Shown here in pieces: positions 1-8,651 of a stretch of DNA of 64,000 nucleotides (its first letter is position 1; each line of letters starts with the position of its first letter). The position numbers and the translations under genes were made by a program. The stretch is taken from contig CAWDML010000008.1 in the NCBI GenBank assembly GCA_963803435.1, positions 256,001 to 320,000 on the forward strand, written 5' to 3'. This DNA is from an uncultured delta proteobacterium (lineage in GTDB: Bacteria > Myxococcota > Kuafuiibacteriia > Kuafuiibacteriales > Kuafuiibacteriaceae). Under the pieces are notes generated by a model. The model worked only from the letters and a program-made list of their open reading frames with translations, was not told the origin of the DNA and made no database searches.

Positions 1-135
1 CCCGACGACGACGTCACCTACGGCCAGCTGATCGACGCCATGGACGTCGCCCGGGAGCGCCACGAGGTCGTCGACGGTAAGTCGGTCTATCCGCAGATGT
101 TCCCGGCCGTCGTCGTCTCATCGCTGGTGAAGTGA
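1..135 (+). CDS. C-terminal fragment of ExbD/TolR-family (AglQ-like) protein, truncated by window edge
   Basis: Frame 1 reads PDDDVTYGQLIDAMDVARE...QMFPAVVVSSLVK-stop, a typical ExbD/TolR C-terminus; it directly precedes a second ExbD-type gene. Confidence 0.75.
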   Translation, partial: PDDDVTYGQLIDAMDVARERHEVVDGKSVYPQMFPAVVVSSLVK

Positions 136-136
136 C

Positions 137-628
137 GTGAAGAAGAAGAAGTCACTTTTCCATGCCGAGGAGGACGCCGGCCCAGGCCGTATCAACCTGA
201 CGGCGCTGATGGACATCCTCTCGAACATCATCTTCTTCCTGATGGCCAGCTTCGGGGCCCAGACCCTCGAGCTCACCTCCGCGAGCAAGGTCGAGCTCCC
301 CTCGTCGACCTCCGAGCTGTCCCTCAAGATGTCGATCAACGTAGCGGTCGGTCTCGAGGAGCTCTTCGTCGAGGACGAGCCGGTCGGCAAGCTCCAGGAC
401 GGCAAGCTGGTCGGCCTCGACGCGGACCGATTCCACCCCAAGCTCGAAGAGACGCTCAAGCGCGTGCGCGCGCAACGGCTCGCCAAGAACGAGCGCCCCA
501 AGGACGAGGAGGAGATGGTTCTCTTCATCGCCGACAAGCGGCTCAGGTTCGACACGATCGATCGGGTGATGAAGACCTGCGCGCGCGCGGGGTTCACGAA
601 GTTCCGCTTCGCCGTCTCGAAGAAGTGA
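137..628 (+). CDS. ExbD/TolR-family biopolymer transporter subunit, AglS-like
   Basis: INLTALMDILSNIIFFL TM segment with conserved Asp, VELPSS, and LFIADKRLRFDTIDRVMKTCARAGF C-terminal motif. Confidence 0.85.
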   Translation: MKKKKSLFHAEEDAGPGRINLTALMDILSNIIFFLMASFGAQTLELTSASKVELPSSTSELSLKMSINVAVGLEELFVEDEPVGKLQDGKLVGLDADRFHPKLEETLKRVRAQRLAKNERPKDEEEMVLFIADKRLRFDTIDRVMKTCARAGFTKFRFAVSKK

Positions 629-796
629 AGGTCCGAGGGAGCATCGCCGCCGTGGCGGCGCCACACCGCAGGCAGCGTAGCTTCCACCTCCGAGAGCTTG
701 GCCGCCAAGCCCCCTCGAAGAACGCCGGGGGTGGAAGCGTCGCCTCCCAGGCAGCCGGCTCCCACACCGACGAGGGCAGCACCGGTGAGCCTTGCG

Positions 797-1813
797 TCAC
801 GCGCCGGAGCTGAACCCGCGTGCGGCAGGTTTGCTTTCAGGCTTCTTCTTCATCCGCTCCATCTCCTTCTTGAGCTCCTTGCAATGATCGACGTCGTTGG
901 CGCGAGGCGTGAACCAGAGGTAGTCGAACGGGATCTCCTCGGCACCGTAGCGCTCGGCGTACGCGGCGGGTGAGGTCACCTCGTCCTCCACCTCGGTGAA
1001 GCCGATGGTGAGGATCGCGCCTTCGACGTGGGGGGAGAGGTAGAACGGAACGCCGCGGTCCCGCCGGACGTGCCCGTCCCCGGCGACGAGGACCACACCC
1101 TGACCTCCGCTCGCCGCCGTCTCCATGGCCTGGGCCATGAGCGCGTCTCGGATGCGCTGGATGCGAATCATGGAGGGGATCATCGTCTCCGGGAGGTAAC
1201 CGCAGTGACCCTCCTCGAGGTTCTCCTGCAGCGACTTCGACAGCGGCGGCGGAAGCGGCTGGTCGAGACCATAGCGGGACACCAGGTCCCCCGGGACCTC
1301 CGCCGTGCCTCGGGCGATCTCCATCGCCTGCGACCGGGGAAGGTTGGCAGCGAAGATGGGGAGGTGCGCGCGAACGACGGCCTCGAACACCGGCCGGTAC
1401 ATCGACCATTCAGGCCAGCCGGATGTGTCCCATCGAACGGTCGAACGCAGGCCCTCGAGGTCGTCCGGGGCGCTCTCGAGCTGGCGATCGATGGCCGGCT
1501 GCAGCGAGGTCTCGAGCATCTCGAAGACCACGCCGGGGCGCCGCCCGGCGGCGACCACCCAGTCGATCAGCCGGGCCTGGAGCCGGTGGTGGTCCGGATT
1601 GTCGTGCTTCTCGCCGGCGAGCACGAAGGGGCTTTCCGCGACCCGCGCCGCGAGCATCGACGGTTCGACCATTGCGCCCGCCCTCACGTCCCAGATGCGG
1701 CCGGTCAGCGGGTGTGTCTGGGCGATCGGCGATTGCCATCGCTCTATTCGGGCATCAGCGCCGGTCCGACAGCCGACCAGTAGAAGGGTGAGGAGAAGCT
1801 GCACGGATCGCAC
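797..1813 (-). CDS. ChaN-family (Tiki/EreA superfamily) lipoprotein
   Basis: Lipobox LLLVGC; motifs VLAGEKHDNPDHH, VVFEM, SGWPEWSMYRPVF, GHCG, QRIRDALMA, LVAGDGHVRRDRGVP. Start moved to GTG 1813. Confidence 0.85.
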   Translation of the reverse strand: MRSVQLLLTLLLVGCRTGADARIERWQSPIAQTHPLTGRIWDVRAGAMVEPSMLAARVAESPFVLAGEKHDNPDHHRLQARLIDWVVAAGRRPGVVFEMLETSLQPAIDRQLESAPDDLEGLRSTVRWDTSGWPEWSMYRPVFEAVVRAHLPIFAANLPRSQAMEIARGTAEVPGDLVSRYGLDQPLPPPLSKSLQENLEEGHCGYLPETMIPSMIRIQRIRDALMAQAMETAASGGQGVVLVAGDGHVRRDRGVPFYLSPHVEGAILTIGFTEVEDEVTSPAAYAERYGAEEIPFDYLWFTPRANDVDHCKELKKEMERMKKKPESKPAARGFSSGA

Positions 1814-1865
1814 CCGGTGCGTGTAGCACCGAGCGCGGCGAAAGACGCGCGGGATCCGCCCGCCT

Positions 1866-2303
1866 ACCGGAAGACCGCTCCGGTCGAGATCGTCTCGCAT
1901 CAGCTAACCTACGAGGAGTCTTCGCTTTGCTTCCCGGATCCATAAACTGAAGCGGAAGCCCAACCGTGACGACGCGGCCTTCCTTCTCTATCGGAGAGTC
2001 GACGGCGCGGAACAACAGATCGCTTCGTTGACCAGCATCATGGACTCCAACGTGGATAGCGCGACCATCTTTATCTCGTACGGGCTCGATGACCCGGACA
2101 CGGAGCAGTATTACCAGGTCCGGATCCTGGATCGCGCGGGACGCGAGTATGACAATGGTCCTGAGTTCCCGCTCCAGGAGGGCTGCGGATTTGCTGTCGC
2201 TCCTGAAACCTCGGCGCGATGCTCGACGAGTGGGTGGCTCCTACTGTTCTGGCTGCTCGGGTTCGCGGGCCGAGCGCGACATCGCCCTGAGCGGGCGGGA
2301 TAG
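1866..2303 (+). pseudogene. Probable 5'-truncated/frameshifted remnant of a MYXO-CTERM-like surface protein
   Basis: Open frame 1908-2303 ends in EGCG...GWLLLFWLLGFAGRARHR (GC motif, TM, basic tail); in-frame stop at 1905, no signal peptide or good start; locally more AT-rich. Confidence 0.45.
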
Positions 2304-2391
2304 TACCCGTCGAGGACGTGGCTCATCGTGCGAAGGGCCAGAACGGCTGCACCGCCACCGCCGGCAGCGCCCCTCGACCCGGTGGTGGGCG

Positions 2392-3984
2392 TCAGCGAAG
2401 CCTGAGCTCCACCGCCAGCCGGCGCACCGCCACCTCGTCCTTTCCGCCGGCCACGCGCCAGGCGCGATCCAGGTCGGCGGCGGTGAGGTTGGGATTCCGC
2501 GCCAGCAGGATCGCTCGGAAGGGATCGACGTGACCGGCGCCGTCGCGGGTGGTCCCCGGGATGTCGCGCGCCGCCCGCGGATCGGTCATCAGCGCCGCGA
2601 TCTGGTCGACGCTCAGGTTTGAATTCGCCGCTGCCATCCGGTACGCGATCGAGGCAGCGTAGGGTGACGCGAAGCTGGTGCCCTCGATGTCCTGATCGTC
2701 GCGGTTCGCGCCCACCGGGATCTTCACGCCGGGTGCCCCGATCGTAATCCTCCCGTCGCCCGAGAACGAGGCCACCGTGTCGTCGCGCGGCCCCGGTCCG
2801 TGAAGATCGATCGCGCCCACCGACATGAGCCCGGGCGTCCCGTCGGTCGCGCCCCGCGAGGCGGCCACGTCGCCGGCGCGCAGGGCGTCGAGATAGCTGT
2901 TGGTGGTGGCCTCGAAGACCAGGATCCCCGACTGGCGGCCCCGCGCCAGCTCCTCGGCGAGGCCGGTGCGGGCCTCGGCCAGGTGGCGCTGCTGCTCGGG
3001 CGCCGCCATCTCGCGTGCGAGGCGCGGGAGGATCAGCTCGCGCTGGAGCTTGTCCACGTCCCGCTGGTAGCGCTCGTACTCCGCCTCGCTCTGAGGCGGC
3101 CGGGGCGGCGGATGTCCGAGCGCCGCCGTCGCTTCTCTCCGCAGCTTCAATCCGGCCGGCGCCTGCATCATCTGCTGTGCGACCGCCACGCCGATCTCGG
3201 ACGGGCTCGACCCCCACGAGAGATTCACGAAGGTCCGTCCCTGGGCGCCGGTCCGCCCCAGCTCGCCCCGCAGCTCGGCGAGCCGCAGGCGTTTCTCCAC
3301 CACGTCCATCTCCATCTCGTCGGCGCCGGATCGCACCAGCTCGTCGAGCCCGGGGTTCTGCGGCGCCTGCAGCTCTGCGCGCGCGTACGCCATGAATCGA
3401 TCGGCCGCCTCCCGCGGGAGCTCGCGGCGAACCACGCTCTCCGGCACCGGCCCGGCGTGGAGCGTCACCTGGGCGCCGCGCGCCAGCCCCACGCGGCCGA
3501 CGGCGGTGCGCACCACGGACCGTCCGTGCTCGAGGTCTCGGTCAGAGCCCTCGTCGACGTGGATCCGATCGGCCCCCGTGTGCGGGAGCCCGAGCCGGTC
3601 GAGCCGGGTCGTGAACTGTTGCTGGTGGAGCCGATACGTGTGCCGCCTCGAGACCGGCAGCTCCTCCGCCAGCGCGCGCCGCGCGTCCCGCTGATCCTGG
3701 GCGCTCAGAGGCCGCGGCGGGTCCTTCTGCCGTGGCCGCAACCCGGGCGTCCGGCGGCGCGCGTGATCGATCCGGTAGGTCAGCGCCGCCTCGGCGCCCG
3801 CGCGCGCCCGCACCGCCCGCGCCGTCGCCTCCGTCGGCATACGTCGCGGCGCTGCCTGGGCCGAGCGCTCCGCCACGCCGGGCTCGACCGGTGCCGCGGG
3901 GTCCGGCGCGACGGCCGGCGCGACAGCGAGCGTGGGATCGACGAGCGTACCATCGCGAACGTGCCCGAGGAGGTCGACGGCCAT
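2392..3984 (-). CDS. S8 (subtilisin-like) serine peptidase without an obvious signal peptide
   Basis: Triad contexts HVDEG (Asp), LEHGRSV (His), GTSFASP (Ser); also FVNLSWG, SVGAID, VASFSG, APGVKI, GAGHVD. Confidence 0.85.
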   Translation of the reverse strand: MAVDLLGHVRDGTLVDPTLAVAPAVAPDPAAPVEPGVAERSAQAAPRRMPTEATARAVRARAGAEAALTYRIDHARRRTPGLRPRQKDPPRPLSAQDQRDARRALAEELPVSRRHTYRLHQQQFTTRLDRLGLPHTGADRIHVDEGSDRDLEHGRSVVRTAVGRVGLARGAQVTLHAGPVPESVVRRELPREAADRFMAYARAELQAPQNPGLDELVRSGADEMEMDVVEKRLRLAELRGELGRTGAQGRTFVNLSWGSSPSEIGVAVAQQMMQAPAGLKLRREATAALGHPPPRPPQSEAEYERYQRDVDKLQRELILPRLAREMAAPEQQRHLAEARTGLAEELARGRQSGILVFEATTNSYLDALRAGDVAASRGATDGTPGLMSVGAIDLHGPGPRDDTVASFSGDGRITIGAPGVKIPVGANRDDQDIEGTSFASPYAASIAYRMAAANSNLSVDQIAALMTDPRAARDIPGTTRDGAGHVDPFRAILLARNPNLTAADLDRAWRVAGGKDEVAVRRLAVELRLR

Positions 3985-4123
3985 GCTCCGAACGATCGGA
4001 CCTGGGCGTGATGCACCTCAACCTCAGGGCAAAAGGGCGATGATGACCTCCGGGTGGGAATCGGGAGGACGACGACGAGCGAGGTCGACCCAGGGGTACG
4101 GTCTCGGGATCGAACCCTCGAGG

Positions 4124-5656
4124 TCAGTCGGCGAGGATCACCCGGACCTGATCCGTGCCGGTCCCGGCGGTGAGGATGAGCTCGAGGCTCCGGTTGTCGT
4201 CTCCCCAGCGGATCTCGTCCTGGTTCGCCAGCTCGACGCTCCGATTCGGATCGGAGCCGGCCGCCGGGTACGCGACCGAGGCATCTCCAACCACGGCGTC
4301 GCTCGCCTCGAGCGACGGGACCAGGATCGCGAGCCCGAGGATCTCGTGATCGAACGTCACGGTCGCGTCGACGGTCTGGTTGGCGCCTCCGACCGGATCG
4401 AAGTGGATGAGCCAGCTTCGCACCCGGGTGCCGGCCGCAATCGTCCCCGGCGTGACGCTCGCCTGTGTGGCGTAGCTTCCGGGCGTGGTGAGGTCGACGT
4501 CGAGCGGGGCCGTAAGAACCAGGCCCGACGACTCGGGGAAGAGAAACGCGACGGTGGAGCTTTGGGTCTGGTCGACGACCACCGAGGCCGGCGGTGCAAT
4601 CAGTCCGAGGCTGGTGTTGTGGAGGAACGGGACCTCCGCGCCCGGCGTCGCGAGGGTGATGATCCTCAGCTGATCGGAGGAGCTCGAGGTTTCGAAGTCG
4701 ATGTCGAGATGGCGGCGATCGCCGCGGAGGGTGAGGACGTCCTCGATGCCGTTGAGCTCGATGCCACGGTTCGGATGCCCACCCGGCGGGGGATAGAGCA
4801 CCGTCGGCAGGCCGAGGATCGTGTCGGTCGCATCGAGCGAGCCCGGAGCGGTGATCAGTCCGACGATCCGCTCGGGGAACTGAAGCGTCGCGACCCGATG
4901 GGTGATCGCGGTGGTTGCGCCCGGTGGATCGAAGTGGAGGAAGTAGACGTTGACCAGCAGGCCGGGCGGAAGCTCACCGGGCGGAACGCTGTACGAGGCG
5001 AACCGACCGGGGACGTGGATGTCCAGCGGAATGGCCGCCGGAGCGGCCAGGTTCTCCTGCTCCCGGAAGACGATGATGTTGACCGGATCCTCGGTCTCGT
5101 TCGGGACGACCGACAGCGGCGGCGGCTCGAGCGCAATCTCGCCGGCGGTACCGATGAAGTGCGCCGTACAGGAGCGGTCCGCATCCATGACGACGGTCGT
5201 CATCGGTAGAGCGCCCGTGCAGTCGCCGGTCCATCGATCGAATCCAAAGTCGGCGGCTGCGCTCGCGGTCAGCACGACCCTCGTTCCTCCGCTGTAGACC
5301 TCCGAGCATGGGCCCGTCGGAGGATCGGTGCAGGCGATCGCGCCCGGCGTCGAATAGACGGCACCGCCGGTGCTGGTCGTCGCCACCGAGAGCGTGACCG
5401 TGCCGCTGGCGTCGAGCGCGCCGCCGTCCTCGAGACCGCCGTCGAGACCGCCATCCCCAAGCGTCCCGGTGTCGGCCGAGCCGGCGTCGGCGTTCGGACC
5501 ACCATCCATCGCGGCGTCTGCGCCGCCGCTGTCGACGGCGGCGTCCTTCATCGCGCCGGTGCCGGTGTCGGGCGGGGTCCCAGGATCGTCATCCCCCTGC
5601 TCGCCATCGCAAGCGACGACGAGCACGAGAGCACTGGCGAGGAGCGCACGCTTCAT
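4124..5656 (-). CDS. Lipoprotein with D/G/A-rich linker, InlB-B/bacterial-repeat-like domain and two tandem uncharacterised beta domains
   Basis: Lipobox LVVAC; repeat-type domain LTASAAADFGFDRWTGDC...MDADRSCTAHF; duplicated unit (FLHFDP/WLIHFDP, PNRGIEL/PNRSVEL, DQLRII/DQVRVI). Confidence 0.75.
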   Translation of the reverse strand: MKRALLASALVLVVACDGEQGDDDPGTPPDTGTGAMKDAAVDSGGADAAMDGGPNADAGSADTGTLGDGGLDGGLEDGGALDASGTVTLSVATTSTGGAVYSTPGAIACTDPPTGPCSEVYSGGTRVVLTASAAADFGFDRWTGDCTGALPMTTVVMDADRSCTAHFIGTAGEIALEPPPLSVVPNETEDPVNIIVFREQENLAAPAAIPLDIHVPGRFASYSVPPGELPPGLLVNVYFLHFDPPGATTAITHRVATLQFPERIVGLITAPGSLDATDTILGLPTVLYPPPGGHPNRGIELNGIEDVLTLRGDRRHLDIDFETSSSSDQLRIITLATPGAEVPFLHNTSLGLIAPPASVVVDQTQSSTVAFLFPESSGLVLTAPLDVDLTTPGSYATQASVTPGTIAAGTRVRSWLIHFDPVGGANQTVDATVTFDHEILGLAILVPSLEASDAVVGDASVAYPAAGSDPNRSVELANQDEIRWGDDNRSLELILTAGTGTDQVRVILAD

Positions 5657-5703
5657 GCGCCGGAGTCTAACAGGGTATGGACGCGGGTCAGCGCCCGCGA
5701 GCG

Positions 5704-7764
5704 CTACGACCTTCGGTTTTGCCGTCTCGACGACACAAAGATCAATACCAGCCCGAGGAGGAGCAGCGGCTCGGCGGCGCTGCCGTCGGTGGTGGTGCAG
5801 CCGCCGCAGCCGCCGCGGAGCTCGGAGAGGCGGCGGGGGCCGTCGGTCGCGCCCGGGTCGTCCGGGTTCGGGTCCAGCGGATCCTTCGGGTCCGGATCCA
5901 TCGGATCCGGATCCATCGGGTTGCCGGCCATACAGGTCGCCGACAGCCGGTAGGAGACGGCGGCGCCGGGCGTGGTGACGCGGGCCAGCAGCGTCGGACC
6001 TCGCGAGGTCCCGGTCAGCGTGCCGCCGCCGGCGAGGACGTCCTGCGTCTGTACAATCTGTTGCGTGCCGGCCGCGTCGTAGAGCTCGAGCCCGATGACC
6101 GTGCCGGCCTGGGCGGTGACGCCCACCTCGACCTGGGTCCCCGCGGGGGCCTCGTACGAGAACCAGTCGTCGTCGGTGCTGCTCACCACCAAATCAATCG
6201 CGGTCCCGCAGCGCAGCGGGAACGCCTGTGACGGGTTGTCGTTCTCCTCGCCCACGGTGTCCATGTTCGGATCCGGAGGCGGCTCCTGGGTCATCAGCGT
6301 CACGTTGATCTCGGGGGTCTCGGAGATGTTGCCGGCGAGGTCCGTCGCACGCACGGAGAAGCGGCGCGTACCCACGCCGACCACCACCGACCAGATGTAC
6401 TGGTTGCCGTTCTGGATGCAGGAGACATCCTGTCCGGTGAAGGGGCAAGGGAAGCTGTCCTGCGCGAACGTCCACATGAGATCGACCGCCGCCAGCCCGA
6501 CGTCGTCGGAGGCGTTGGCCTCGATCTGGATCGTGGAGTTGGCCGCCAGCACGGCGCCGTCCTGCGGGCTCACCAGCGAGACCACCGGCGGCGTGGTGTC
6601 GTTCGGCGGTGGCACCATGGTGCCGAGCTGGATCGTGATGGCGGGCGTCTGCGTGACGTTGCCCGCCGCGTCGATGGCGCGGGCGTAGAACGTCCGGGTC
6701 CCCTGGCCCACGTTGATGTTCCAGGTGGAGACGTCGCCGCTGCGCGTGCAGGTGACGGCGCCGCCGCCGCTGGTCCCGGGGCAGGGGAAGGTGGTGTTGC
6801 TGAACTGCCAGAAGAGCTCGGTGGCGGAGAGCTGCTGATCGTCGGTTGCGACCGCGGTGATCGTGATGGTGCTGTTCTCCTGGAGGGTGGTGCCGTTGGT
6901 CGGCGAGGTGATGGAGATCTGCGGCGGAACCGGATCGTTCGGGGGCGGCGGCGGCGGCATACCGGTGTTGGCGCCCAGCTTGGAGAGCATGACCTGGACG
7001 CTGTTCTGGGTCGCGCGGTTGCACTCGCACTGCCGCGCCGAATATTCGCCGCACTGGGCGTTGTAATCGCGGTAGATCTTATCGCCGCAGCCCGAGAGGT
7101 AGGTCATCGGATCCGGGCAGTAGTATTCGTGGTCGAGCGAAAACGCGTGCGCGATCTCTTGGGCCGCCACTTCGCAGGTGGTCTGTGGGTCTTCACCAAA
7201 CACAGCGGAGAAGGCGAACACGATCGCGTTCGCGATCACCGAGCAGTTGTAGGTGTCGAAGGGCGCCACGCCGCCGACGCCACCGCCGAGACCGACCTGC
7301 TGCGGCCGGCCGCCGATCACCGCCTCGATGTACTGCCCACCGGCGGGCTCCTGGGTCACGACCGTGACGTTGAAAGGCGCCAACTGATCGGTCAGGCAGC
7401 TGACGACCTGCTGCCACTGCGAGGAGGAGCCGCCGTACGGATCGATCGTCGAGGTGCCATTGGGAACGATCGACGTGTTTTGCCGGGAGTCGTCCTGGCC
7501 CGGGTAGTAGGTGCCGCCGTTGCCGTTCAGGAAAATCGGCAGCGGCGGATCACCCGCGCCCACGAACCAGGGACCGTGCGCGCCACGCCCGACCAGCGTA
7601 TCGACGCCGCCCGACACCCGCACCTGCTCGTAGGGCACCGGAATATAGATCCCGCTCGCCCCCAGAGCCTCCGCCTGATCGTCGGAGTCGATCCCGCCCG
7701 GGGGTGGCTGGCAGGCCATCGACCCCAGGAAGCAGACCGTCCAGACGAGCCCTCTTGACCGCAT
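5704..7764 (-). CDS. MYXO-CTERM surface protein: metzincin-like domain, two Ig-like domains, PPC-like domain
   Basis: Signal/lipobox MRSRGLVW..GSMAC; AAQEIAHAFSLDH + CPDPMTY; two DxxPP.isitsP.nG Ig repeats; C-terminal RGGCGGCTT...LLLLGLVLIFVSSRR. Confidence 0.8.
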   Translation of the reverse strand: MRSRGLVWTVCFLGSMACQPPPGGIDSDDQAEALGASGIYIPVPYEQVRVSGGVDTLVGRGAHGPWFVGAGDPPLPIFLNGNGGTYYPGQDDSRQNTSIVPNGTSTIDPYGGSSSQWQQVVSCLTDQLAPFNVTVVTQEPAGGQYIEAVIGGRPQQVGLGGGVGGVAPFDTYNCSVIANAIVFAFSAVFGEDPQTTCEVAAQEIAHAFSLDHEYYCPDPMTYLSGCGDKIYRDYNAQCGEYSARQCECNRATQNSVQVMLSKLGANTGMPPPPPPNDPVPPQISITSPTNGTTLQENSTITITAVATDDQQLSATELFWQFSNTTFPCPGTSGGGAVTCTRSGDVSTWNINVGQGTRTFYARAIDAAGNVTQTPAITIQLGTMVPPPNDTTPPVVSLVSPQDGAVLAANSTIQIEANASDDVGLAAVDLMWTFAQDSFPCPFTGQDVSCIQNGNQYIWSVVVGVGTRRFSVRATDLAGNISETPEINVTLMTQEPPPDPNMDTVGEENDNPSQAFPLRCGTAIDLVVSSTDDDWFSYEAPAGTQVEVGVTAQAGTVIGLELYDAAGTQQIVQTQDVLAGGGTLTGTSRGPTLLARVTTPGAAVSYRLSATCMAGNPMDPDPMDPDPKDPLDPNPDDPGATDGPRRLSELRGGCGGCTTTDGSAAEPLLLLGLVLIFVSSRRQNRRS
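5855..5925 (-). repeat. Pro/Asp-rich tandem linker repeat (PMDPD-like)
   Basis: Encodes NPMDPDPMDPDPKDPLDPNPDDPG; tccggatccatcgg unit repeated with a 15-nt period. Confidence 0.6.
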
Positions 7765-7962
7765 GCGGCGACCATTTTCCCAGGCCGGGGCCGCGGTTGG
7801 CATCCTCCCGCGATACGTGGCCTGAAACCCCCGCCCCTGAGCGCTGGTCCATCCCGTCGATTGCGCCAAAGAGGGCAGCTGCAGTGAAAGGCCGGCGCGC
7901 GCCGGTGTTGGGTCGATCGGCGCATCCACCCGAGAACGGATGCGTTCGAGACGGACTGTGAC

Positions 7963-8598
7963 CTACGTCGCCGCACCTTCTGAGGGGAGGATGAAGCGGA
8001 GGATCAGGTCGGACATCTGCGGGATGAGGCGGTCGTCCTCGATGGGATGGTGGGGCTCGAACAGCGCGGCGTTCGTGATCCCGTCCACCGCGTGCACGAG
8101 CACGTGCGCGGCCGCGTCGAGATCGCGGATGCGGAGCTCGCCCATGCGCGCCTCGAGCTGCGCCTTCACCAGGTGCTCGAGCTTCGCGCCCATGTCGAGC
8201 ATCCGATGGATCCTTCCCAGGCGCGGTACCTGCTGGCGCAGCACGCGGTGCAGCTTCGGGTTCAAGCGCTTCGCCTCGATGATGGCGGTGATGAGGGCGC
8301 GGACCGACTCGGGGATCGGGCTCGTCGCCGTGTCGCTCAGGTGGTCCGTGATGAGCGCCATCATCTCGTCGAAGTGACGCTCGATCAGCGCCGCCACCAG
8401 CGCCTCCTTGTTCGGGAAATACTGATAGAGCGATCCGATGCTGACGCCGGCCGTCTTCGCGACCTTGTTGGTGGAGGTCTTGTCGTAGCCGTCCTTCACG
8501 AGAACGCGAGCGGTCGCCTCTAGGAGCGCGTCGACCGTCTCACGGGAACGCGTCTGTTGGGGTCTTTTTCGGGGCGTTGTTCGGGCGCGTGGGACCAT
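7963..8598 (-). CDS. TetR/AcrR-family transcriptional regulator
   Basis: PRKRPQQTRSRETVDALLEATARVL, HTH TNKVAKTAGVSIGSLYQYFPNKEAL. Confidence 0.95.
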   Translation of the reverse strand: MVPRARTTPRKRPQQTRSRETVDALLEATARVLVKDGYDKTSTNKVAKTAGVSIGSLYQYFPNKEALVAALIERHFDEMMALITDHLSDTATSPIPESVRALITAIIEAKRLNPKLHRVLRQQVPRLGRIHRMLDMGAKLEHLVKAQLEARMGELRIRDLDAAAHVLVHAVDGITNAALFEPHHPIEDDRLIPQMSDLILRFILPSEGAAT

Positions 8599-8651
8599 GG
8601 CTCAATGCGAGTTTCCGAAAGCGAGCGATCGCTCATATCATGAGCCCATGG
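8595..8651. promoter_or_regulatory. Divergent TetR/P450 control region with palindromic operator candidates
   Basis: Perfect palindrome GAGCGATCGCTC (8623-8634), inverted repeat GCTCAT-atc-ATGAGC (8631-8645), -10-like TATCAT (8636-8641). Confidence 0.6.

Noticed and set aside
645-660. CGCCGCC-gt-GGCGGCG hairpin after the aglS-like gene
   Set aside because: Short GC-only stem without a U-tract; likely by chance at this GC content.
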